DNA of 64,000 nucleotides from Octopus sinensis (lineage: Eukaryota): NCBI RefSeq assembly GCF_006345805.1, contig NC_043022.1, positions 22,878,001-22,942,000 on the forward strand, written 5' to 3'. The notes beneath the pieces are model-generated. The model saw only the letters and a list, made by a program, of their open reading frames with translations. It made no database searches and had not been told where the DNA came from. Shown one piece after another: positions 54,121 through 64,000 of this stretch. A program made the position numbers and the translations under genes. Positions within the stretch are counted from its first letter, which is position 1; each line of letters starts with the position of its first letter.

Positions 54121-55629
54121 TTCACATTTCATTTAACATCATGCTGACATTAACACTATTAAGACCTCACATTGAGTATAACACTTCATCCACTACGTCA
54201 TTATTACAGACCACACATTTAGCCTAAACACTATACTAATTCTATCACTGTTACATATCTCACATTTAGTCTAACACTAGTGTTTCTGCCACAATTACAA
54301 ACCTTGTGTTTTCTAGGCTGAAATCAGCAGAAACATCTGACTATTCAGCAATATTAACAACTCCCTTGTATCTTCATTAAATCTTTCTCTTCCTGATCTC
54401 CTCCAACCCTCCAACCAACTAACTACTGTTATGTAGCTGCTTCAATGAAGAGCATCTCATTGTTGATTGATGAACATAATGTTTAATTAGGGATGCTTTG
54501 CTTACTCACTAAGACATTTACTTTTTCAGGAAACTGCTTCATTTGAACCTATTAATTGTCAATACAGCTATTGATCCTTAAACTCTAAATGAGGGAAGGA
54601 AGCAAGCAATTAGTTCATCCCTACCACTTCTCCATGTATTTCTTCCCCATGGACAGCTGGAACTACTAATTTCTGGAAATCTTGTTAGGTAATAAACGAG
54701 GAACTATTTAAGATTTTCTTGAGAAGGCAACTCTTTTAGAATTGCAGGCTATTTAGAAATTCCATAAAGAGTCTCCTCATAGTGTGCGTGCAGGGTTTTT
54801 GAACTGGAAGTCAGCTGATGAAGATAATGATTTGCAACCGCCTGTTCAACCTTAGTAATTATCAATTTACAGTTCTACTCTGACTCAGAATATTAAAATT
54901 TCTTTGACATTGAATGGAATTGATAAATGGTTTCAACCTATTTCAGACAAAAGGTTTCCTTCGACAACAAAAAAAAAAAATCTTTTTTCCTGTAACTGAG
55001 AATCAGGAAGTTCACTATCTCTATACATGACAAAGGAACCTCTATGCAGTTGTTTGATGTGCTAGACATAGCAGCCAAATCTGATACCCCAAACATACTT
55101 TAGTGTTTTTTTTGTTTTGTTTTTTTTCAAATAAACATTATACAATGTAGTTTTAGATACACAGTATTTGATTAAAAGATGGGATGCTAGCTGCCATATT
55201 TAATTTTGCATAAATTATATTATTTTATACTTGATTTTGACTGGAGACCTGGGGTATAACTTATACACAGGACAAAACTAAAACTATTAAAGGAAGACAT
55301 TTTATATCAATATTTCGTTTTGGGATTTGGTTTGCAAGATTCTTTATATGAGTTCGTGTGTTGAAGCATATTCTGTTGTGTCTGGGGAGAGTCATTTTCT
55401 TTTTGTGCCTTATAATTTAACACACTCACCGTTGTGTTAAATTTTATATCAAGATTTAACACTAAAGATGTGACTTATAACACAAGTAAATACTATACTT
55501 ACATCCATACTGTATTTACTGAAACATAAGTCACACTATTTTATGCTTGATTTGTAACTGAAAAACCTGGGGTGCGACATATACATGGAGCAAAGTTAAA
55601 ACTATGAAGGGAAAAGATTTTATACTAAT

Positions 55630-55999
55630 ACTAGCACTATGACCTGGCATTGCCTGGTCATAGTGCTAGTGCATGCATATACAGCTGCGTGTATGCGCAC
55701 ATACACGCGAGTACTGTCCAAATCTCCGACCAATCACATACAGCTAGCTGGCATTCAATTGGCGTATCAAGTTTCGGGCATTTTGATTGGGTTTTGGATA
55801 GAAAATTCACAAAAAAGTCACTTCTATTGATTTTTTAATGGCTTTGCAGGGTGACTGGGGAAATGTAAAGATGTGCATGACCACCCTTGGATGGTTTTCA
55901 ATGACCATAGAAAGTGCGAGCCCTCTAACTGAAAAATTGTGGATTTGTATAAAGGACACACATGCAGACAGACATTTTGCAGTTTATATATATAGAGAT
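55630..55999 (+). mobile_element. Helentron/DINE-1-like non-autonomous element
   Basis: 5' ACTAG start with a 15-bp hairpin (55630-55644 / 55656-55670). 3' end ...GACAGACATTTTGCAGTTTATATATATAGAGAT is shared with about 12940-12996. Confidence 0.55.
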
Positions 56000-56431
56000 T
56001 TAACTCTAAATTAGGGATGTTATTTATAACACAAGTAAATATAGTACTTACAGTCAAACCTTATTAACTCAAATATAGTCAGACTATGCTTGATTTTTCA
56101 ATGTAAAAAACTGGGGTGCCTCTCATAAGGAGGCGAGTGTAAGTTCCATCCAATTTGACCATACTAATACACTCCCTATTTTTAGGTCACTTTAAAGAAA
56201 AACCTTTGATTCAAAAACACTGTGTATAGACTCGATACTTGGAATGACCGATTTAAATACTGTTGGATTTTACTCATAAAGTATTGGAATCTTACATGTA
56301 TAACATTTTCCCTAAAAAAATGGATCTACAAATTCAATATATATATCTCACGTCTATTTTCTTTCCTCCGCCTCACTCTCTATTTTGTATCATATCTAAA
56401 TTAACTATGACTAAACTCTTCTCTCACACCA

Positions 56432-56477
56432 TCTCCGATGAAGGGATATAATAAATATCCTGGAAACAGCTGTAAGA
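56432..56477 (+). ncRNA. Type I minimal hammerhead motif (U4C variant, probably decayed)
   Basis: tct-CCGATGA-aGGGATAT[aataa]ATATCCTg-GAA-ACAGCTGT-A-aga: 7-bp stem II, palindromic stem III, GUA triplet. Confidence 0.6.
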
Positions 56478-56529
56478 CCTTCTATCTATAAATGTTCTAA
56501 AATCTACTCAGCCTTGGTTTTATTATCTC

Positions 56530-56928
56530 ACTAGCAGTATCGCCCGGCGTTGCTCGGGTTGTAAGGGAAATAACTATATAAGCATTTTTAGAGAGTTATA
56601 GCCAAAAAATAGCAAAAAAATGCATTAAAAATTGAAAAAAAAATTAAGGTAAATTTTTTTTTTAAATCGTTGACACATTGTAGATATTTTTAGAGAGTTA
56701 CTTCCCTTATATAAAAGCGAAAAAAATGCATTAAAATGGAAAAATATGATGGTAAATTTTTTTAAAATCGTAGACTCATCGTAGACACGCGCTAATACCC
56801 AGAAGGGCTCGATATGAATCACGACTATAAGATACCCGCTTTTGGTTAAACTGCACCGCAAAATGTGGGAGTAGTTACGAATCTAAATCGTAGGAGACAG
56901 ACACACAACTTCACTCTTATATAAAGAT
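56530..56928 (+). mobile_element. Helentron/DINE-1-like element, second family
   Basis: ACTAGCAGTATCGCCCGGCGTTGCTCGGG 5' end with a short hairpin. 3' end GACAGACACACAACTTCACTCTTATATAAAGAT. Related 3' ends at about 2240-2372 and 57530-57697. Confidence 0.55.
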
Positions 56929-56934
56929 GCTTTT

Positions 56935-57250
56935 TTTTTTCAGTCATAGAGTTAGATTTATGAAGGTCTTCAGTAGAAAATCCTTCGAATTCTGACTCAC
57001 TGCTTGATATAATGAAATTTGTATCCATTTTTTGTCAGAATTACAAATTTTGAAAACACAATAGGAACAAATTTCGGAAAAAAATCTCCCATAATTCACG
57101 GAATTAAAATTACACTTCGATTTTTGTACAAAACTGTATTTGAAGTGTTTACGAAGTATAATACGTGTTTTCACGAATGTACTAAAGAGATTTCTGATAT
57201 TCTCATTTAAATATGAATAGGTAAATTCGGGCGGTTTGGTAACGAAAGGG
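56935..57250 (-). mobile_element. 5' end of a piggyBac-like transposon with the start of the transposase
   Basis: Begins CCCTTTCGTTACC, the same TIR as the 221-bp MITE. ATG at 57028 gives MDTNFIISSSESEFEGFSTEDL, an acidic N-terminus of the kind seen in piggyBac-like transposases. Truncated. Confidence 0.55.
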
Positions 57251-58009
57251 TTTATATAAGTGTCGCCTGTTTATACATAAACACTGTTTCATACTTTCAG
57301 TTTAGTCTTCCTCAAATCACTCTGTCGCTATTTACTCTCTTCCAAGAACATTTTCACTCACTCTTATCTGTTAGCTTGCCATACATTTTACTCATGTATC
57401 TATCAGCGTGATAGACAGAAACATCTAGTTTCACTTTATTCGTTGCACACTGTGTGTGTGCGTTTGCGTGTGCTGTAAACCAGACTAAGAAAAGCATTTG
57501 ACATACACACCAGAATGTGAGTTTTCTGTAAATTTTGCTTAATTGGAGTTTAAATTTTAAAAACTGGACCTGGCAAAACCCGATGCATTCTACTCTTAAA
57601 AATGCTAGGTAAATTGTAATTGAAGAAATCCTATATTGTAGATTTCTATAACTGACAAAGGGAGGCAGATAAAATCTGCCTTTTATAATAAGAGATTACG
57701 AAAAAAAATTTATATATATAAAGGGGTTTGTATGATTGTGTATAGAAGGATATAAAATATTCAAAGGAATTCCAACTCTTTCTGTTTTTTATGTTTTATT
57801 TATATTCTTTATAATATTAATGTAGAATATAGAATATATAGTATAAATAGTATATATATATAGTAAAATGAAATGAAGTATTGATTGTCTTACTGAATAG
57901 ATGAAATATTAAATATAAAATATTAAGGGACTAGTATACTTTCTTACATTAAAGCAGTCTTCAAGGTCCCAGGTTGTAACAGGAGTGTTTCAACCGTCTT
58001 TTAATGTTT

Positions 58010-58049
<40 letters not shown>

Positions 58050-59077
58050 ACATATATATATAAAACCACCAGGGTTATATATATATTGCGATTTCATGGC
58101 CTTACAACCACACACTAAAGTCACTAATAGCACAGAACTGTTTGCTGTAAACTTGTTAGTGGAATACAATCTATTTCTTTATTACCCACAAGGGGCTAAA
58201 CACAGAGGGGACAAACAAGGACAGACATAGGTATTAAGTCGATTATATCAACCCCAGTACATAACTGGTACTTAATTTATCGACCCCGAAAGGATGAAAG
58301 GCAAAGTTGACCTCGGCGGAATTTGAACTCAAAACGTAACGACAGACGAAATACGGCTACGCATTTTGCCTGGCGCGCTAATGATTCTGCCAGCTTGCCG
58401 CCTGGAATACAACCTTCATGAAAGAAATGTCTGTCTGCCTCAATATTAAATTCCATCTGACCCATAGAAGGGAGGAAAAGCGGACATTAGAATGATAATG
58501 AGAAGGAGGATCTAATTCTAGTTGTTCTGGAAGACTTAAGAACCATGTTTATGAATACAGCATAATGCCAATGATAGTGTAATTAGCTCCTGATTTAATG
58601 AGTTTGACTCCAACTTGAGGTTGTACTTCAACTCCAATTCATGAATCAGCTGTGCATGTCCATTACAAGAGTCTCCAGTTCCCACCATTACACCAGATAG
58701 CAATCCATGTAAGCTACTGAGAACGGCAAGAATAAAACAAATAAGGCCGAAAGTCTTTTGTGTATTGATTGATATAGATTGGTATTGATTAGATTTCACG
58801 TGATCCAAACGACAAAAGCCTTTTACAATAATAGCTGTACTTATTTCATCAAGAAGCCGAAGTAATTCAAGGAGAGAGAACGAGAGAGAGAGAGGGAGAT
58901 AGAAATGAACTTAGGGTCAAGGTCGAAGCAGATGTTTTTGAAATGGGAACCTTGAAGATGTCATGAAAAAGAAGCTTGAAAATTGCGGACGATTTCATCC
59001 GTCGAGTTTTCCAAACTAAAAACTAATCACACAACAACGGGGTTCCAGAAGAATTGTAAAACCATTAAAGCTTTTAC

Positions 59078-59169
59078 CTGTCTGTCAAAACTGACAAGTT
59101 TCAATAATAATTTCATCTTCTTCATAGAGATACAATCCCCAGCGAAAAATCAATACATTATTGATCTTT
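59078..59169 (-). other. Candidate exon (possible start exon MKKMKLLLKLVSFDRQ)
   Basis: Acceptor tcattcatttcgatcacag|, donor CAG|GTAAAA, ATG at 59125. No downstream partner exon identified. Confidence 0.3.
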
Positions 59170-59630
59170 CTGTGATCGAAATGAATGATAAATGTAGAAA
59201 ATGTAGAAGTGTACTTAAAATATTGGATTGATATATATATACATATACATACATATATAAATATATATATATATATGTTGTTGGTTTCGGATCTGTTCTT
59301 GCTGCTGTTGATGTTGTTGTTGATATGATTGTCATCATTGTTGCTGCTGCCATTGTTGCTGCTGTTTTTGCTGCTGCTGTTGTTGTTGTTGTTGTTGTTT
59401 GGGAAGTTGATTGGAGTGAAACAAATTAGACATTAGAGACATCTGAATCACGAAGGATGTTACTTCACTAACTAGTTTACAGCAAACAGTGCTTCTGTGA
59501 TATTAGAGGCTGGTGTGTGTGTGATAGCAAAGCTACAAAATCATCATCATCATCATCATCATCGTCATCATTTGGGCCAACCAAAACCTTGTGAGTTGAG
59601 TTGGTGGATGGAAATCAAAAGAAGCCTGTC

Positions 59631-59661
<31 letters not shown>

Positions 59662-59731
59662 AATATTAGGGAATAAATCCAAATTTACAGGGAAAAAATC
59701 AGATTTAGGATTAAATCCAATTTTATAGTAA

Positions 59732-60004
59732 AATATTATTAGAGACAAAACCACTATTTTGCAAAACAAACAAGGAAAGATTATATATTTATATTTTTTC
59801 ATTAATACTTTAATTATTTTAAAATTATTATTTTTATATTTTAAAATATTGATATTTTAGATTGGAAGTCCACCTGAAGATTGTCGATTAGGACAAGAAA
59901 CAATTGTAGTGGCGGTTTTTTTGACTTTTTATTAAAATTTTATGTATTGATTAAGTCTTTCCTTGTTTGTTTTGCAAAATAGTGGTTTTGTCTCTAATAA
60001 TATT
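59732..60004 (+). mobile_element. PLE-like terminal repeat with perfect 49-bp inverted ends enclosing a hammerhead
   Basis: 59732-59780 is the reverse complement of 59956-60004. The right part is homologous to 21750-21895. Confidence 0.7.
59870..59912 (+). ncRNA. Type I minimal hammerhead ribozyme (PLE-type)
   Basis: CCAC-CTGAAGA-TTGTC[gattag]GACAA-GAA-ACAATTGT-A-GTGG: all core positions and stems are intact. Confidence 0.8.
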
Positions 60005-60188
60005 ATATATATATATATATATAAATTAAAATCCAAATCAAGATATATCAAGAATATCCAGATGTCCATATGATCATCAGTGCAACAGCCTAACTCCCAA
60101 TCCATGCGCCTTCACATTATGGATGTAGAATTATATAATAAAGAGTGATTATCTAATATGAAAAAGGGAAATGGTGGTAAAATGATAT

Positions 60189-60705
60189 CTATCTATCTCT
60201 CCGTTCAGTTGAAGTCGACTCTCGGTTACTCGATGGATCAGTGTTCTCCAGCCAGTTCTATCCTGGGTCGCTTCTTTCAGATTGGCTATGGCCATTCCTG
60301 TGTCACCCTTGATGGTGTTAAGCCAGCGGGTTCTTGGTCGGCCTCTTCCTCTCTTGCCACTGACCATTCCGAGCATGATGTCCTTCTCCAGGGATTTTCT
60401 CCGCATAATATGACTAAAATATGTCAATCTATGCTTGGTGATCCTAGCTTCTAGTGACAGTTTCGGCCTGATCTGCTTAAGAACTTCTTCATTGGTGAGC
60501 CTCGCTGTCCATGGAAACTGTAAAAGTCTTTTCCAACACCAAAGCTCAAATGCATTAATTCTCTTCCGGTCAGCTTTCTTTAGTGTCCAGATCTTGCATC
60601 CATTTGTTGCTATTGGGAAGACGATTGCATTCACCAATCTGCATTTGGTAGCGAGGCTGATGTCTCCACTCTTCCAGATCTTGCTCATGCTCACCATTCC
60701 CTCTC
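60189..60705 (-). mobile_element. RTE-clade (BovB-like) LINE 3' fragment with an uninterrupted frame
   Basis: MSKIWKSGDISLATKCRLVNAIVFPIATNGCKIWTLKK...AFELWCWKRLLQFPWTARLTNEEVL...GKRGRGRPRTRWL.... (AGAT)n tail and possible TSD TGATAT (60183-60188 / 60706-60711). Confidence 0.93.
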
Positions 60706-62458
60706 TGATATACTAATGTGTAAAATACGATAAATTCAGCTTATAGTATATTGATATGAATAATGTTTAACGGTTGTGGAGTAGTATTCTGGCTTCAAGG
60801 TGAGAGTGAAGCTTAATGTTAATTTTCAGTAGTTCAAGGGAGATAACTTTTCTGCAAAATTATTTACATCGTTTTTTTTTCTTTCATACATATCATGTGT
60901 ATATACATTTGTGTGTGCATGTTTTCTCAAGGTGTGCATTAATTTAGGTATCTGCATGGACACATGCACATACATACATGTCTGCACAGCTCATGTATAT
61001 AGACATGGTGCGAGGTCTCTAGGTTGCATATAGATGATGCTCAGATGCTGAAGGTAAAGGAGAAATGAAAGGCATTATCATCGGGGTTGGGGTGAGCCTT
61101 GTCGTAGATGACAGCAAATAGACGGCTGAAATGTAAGAAAAAGAGGGTGAAAGACATCAATTTGAATTACACTACAGTTGATAATGTAGTTCAGAGAGAG
61201 AGAGAGAGCTCCATCAATAAATGCTGAAAAAATATCTGATTGGAAGCCACAGATTCAGAAAGTGAGACACGAACAAACCTCATTAGGAGGACAGTTTTAA
61301 TAAAGGATTTGGTCACCAGTCGTGATTGAAAGCTTTGTTGATGTTAAGAGCAAGAAATAGGACACTGACGTGTGTGTGTGTATAGGGTGCCTCAACAAAT
61401 TGCATCTATAGAGAGAGAGTGGAGGCACATGGCCTAGTGGTTAGAGCAGCGGACTCACGGTCGAGGGATCACGGGTTCGAATCTCAGACCGGGCGATGAG
61501 TGTGTTTATGAGCGAAAAACACCTAAGCTTCACGCGGCTCCAGCAGAAGGTAATGGCGAACTTCTGCTGACTCTTTCGCCAGAACTTTCTCTCACTCTTT
61601 CCTCCTGCATCTTGCAGCTTACCTGCGATGGACAGGCGACCCGTCCAGGTGGGGAACCTATACGCCAAGAAACCGAGAAACTGGCCCTTATGAGCCAGGC
61701 ATGGGTCGAGAAGGAACAAACAATCTATAGAGAGACACCATGTGGTACAGAATAACGAAAGATAGCTAACAGATGTGTGTGTGTGTGTGTATTTGTGTTT
61801 GTCCCCCCAGCATCACTTGGCAACTGGTTGTTGATTTGTTTGAGTCCTCATAACTTAGCAGTTCCACCAAAAGCTGGCAGAATCGTTCACATTTCAGGCG
61901 AAATACTTAGCGGTATTTTGTCGCCGAGGTCGCCTTTCGTCTTCTCATGGTCAATTAAATAAGTACCAGTTATGCACTGGGGTCGATGTAATCGACTTAA
62001 TCCCTTTGTCTGTCCTTGTTTGCCCCCTCTATGTTTAGCCCCTTGTAGGCAATAAAGAATAAAGAGACCAACAGAATAAGTCCAGGCTTATAAATCTTGG
62101 GGTCAATTCATTCAACGAAAATTTCTTCGAAGCAGTGCTCCAGCATGGCTGCAGTCTAGTGACTGAAACAGGTAAAAGATAAAAGGTTAAAAAAAAAATT
62201 AACCAAAACAAAGATGATGTATTTCAGGATAAATATGGTAACAAAAGCCTATAAGGGATTCTTTTTCAAATTCCTTTGATATTTTTCAGTTAGGCGTAGG
62301 AGTGGCTGTGTGGTAAGTAGCTTGCTCACCAACCTCATGGTTCCAGGTTCAGTCCCATTACAAGGCAAGTTTCTTCTACTATAGCCTCGGGCCGACCAAA
62401 GCCTTGTGAGTGGATTTGGTAGACGGAAACTGAAAGAAGCCAGTCGTATATGTATGTA

Positions 62459-62493
<35 letters not shown>

Positions 62494-63262
62494 ATGTATG
62501 TATGTATGTATGTATGTGTGTCTGTGTTTGTCCCCCACCATCGCTTGACAACCGATGCTGGTGTGTTTACACCCACGTAACTTAGAGGCATATAGGACTC
62601 ACTTTCTTTCCAAAGAAATGTCTCAAAATAGAACATCCTGGTCCTGTATGCAAAAGTGGACATCATATATACACAGACATAGGACTCTCACAAGACTCAT
62701 GGCATATAAGACTCACTTTGTTTCAAAAGAAATGTCTCCAAAATCACACTGCTTTCTATATACAATGTTGGTGTATCCTATAATATTTAATGCACTAAAA
62801 GCTATTTTTACATAGAATGCATCTAACATGCCCACATGCCTTTAATGTGATCAAATGCAGTATATAACTGAGAAGTAGTTTATTTGCATATGCAATTAAC
62901 CAAATTATGCAATTATCAAAATGGAGTATATACCTACAGCCGATAACTCACACATACATACACACACACACACACCCATATACATATATATATACATCCA
63001 TGCATACACATTTATATTTGTAGGCAGGCAAATTAGTAACTTACACACGTCTGTTAATAAGAGTCCCATAGGCACTACTAAAGTATGTATCGAATCAGAC
63101 AGTTGCTGGTTAAAAGTCATTACAAGCTTATAAAATCAATTAGAGTCGTGGTTGCATACCAATAAAATTCTGAGTAACAGCTATGTAAGTCATCAGTGAC
63201 CAAAGAATGACAACTCTGTATATAATGTGTTGAGTGTTCGAGCCTTTTGAACACACACAAAC

Positions 63263-63295
<33 letters not shown>

Positions 63296-63748
63296 AACAC
63301 ACATTCTCTCTCGCTCTCTCTCTCATACACATCTTTTAATTGTTTCAGTCATTTGACTGTGGCCATGCTGGAGCACCACTTTAAGTGTTTCAGTCGAAGA
63401 AATCAACCCCAGGATTTATTATTATTTGTAAGCCTAGTACTTATTCTATTGGTCTTCTTTTGCCGAGCCACTAAGTTACGGGGGCGTAAACACACCAACA
63501 TCAGCTGTCAAGTGATGGGGGGGGGGCACACAAACACACACACACATATCAAAATAAGCAACAAGGATATCCAGAGGTAATGCAGTACAATCGTTTCATG
63601 CAACTCCATTTAACTGAACAATGCAAACATTACATCAATTTAGAATATGTGTGTGTATATTTATATATATATATATTGGTAAAAACGGTGAGATAACAAA
63701 AGAAAGAAAGAGACCTCAATATTATGTAAATAGAGGAAATTTATCTAC

Positions 63749-63881
63749 AAAATAATATGTTACATTACTCAATAGTCATGATAAAACTCTGAGTTTCAGA
63801 TGCCGAAGATGGTGTTGTGGATTTCCACTTCGGCATCTGAAACTCAGAGTTTTATCTTGACTATTGAGTAATGTAACATAT

Positions 63882-63887
<6 letters not shown>
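63749..63887. repeat. 60-bp inverted repeat with a 19-bp loop
   Basis: 63749-63808 vs 63828-63887, one mismatch. Confidence 0.9.
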
Positions 63888-63923
<36 letters not shown>

Positions 63924-64000
63924 GACAGGCTTCTTTCAGTTTCCGGCTACCAAATCCACTCACAAGACTTTGGTTGGCCGAAGACTATAACAGAAGACAC

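Noticed and set aside
54480-54870. Degraded frame (…LEKATLLELQAI*KFHKE…DEDNDL) resembling a pogo/Tc transposase tail near pogo-like MITE pieces at 55.2-56.1 kb
   Set aside because: Too decayed to assign without an HMM search.
59280-59440. Poly-Q / poly-N frames on the minus strand
   Set aside because: A trinucleotide microsatellite; the Q frame has tandem stops and the N frame has no start or splice support.

Overview
AT-rich, repeat-saturated eukaryotic DNA. The SINE families and microsatellite load look like an octopod cephalopod (Octopus-like); this is inference from repeat sequences, not a database result. Most of the window is tRNA-derived and RTE-tailed SINEs, MITEs (hAT with 8-bp TSDs, piggyBac with TTAA, Helentron/DINE-1-like), two RTE-BovB-type LINE 3' fragments and microsatellites. 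Almost all listed ORFs are repeat artefacts. Host-gene evidence is limited to a phase-compatible chain of short minus-strand exons (25.1 kb to 3.8 kb) below a CpG-rich patch at 31.3 kb, and a plus-strand 5' exon plus a signal-peptide-like ORF at 40.4/43.1 kb. No product could be named for either. The main result is a Penelope-like (PLE) hammerhead-ribozyme landscape. It includes a decayed Naiad-type GIY-YIG endonuclease fragment and seven type I minimal hammerhead-like motifs from four repeat families, all on the + strand. Most have a self-complementary stem III. One family carries a G3:C8 swapped catalytic core with covarying stem II, and one (partial) motif sits behind a tRNA-type Pol III promoter. 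There is also a near-perfect 595-bp fold-back inverted duplication at 6.4-7.6 kb.
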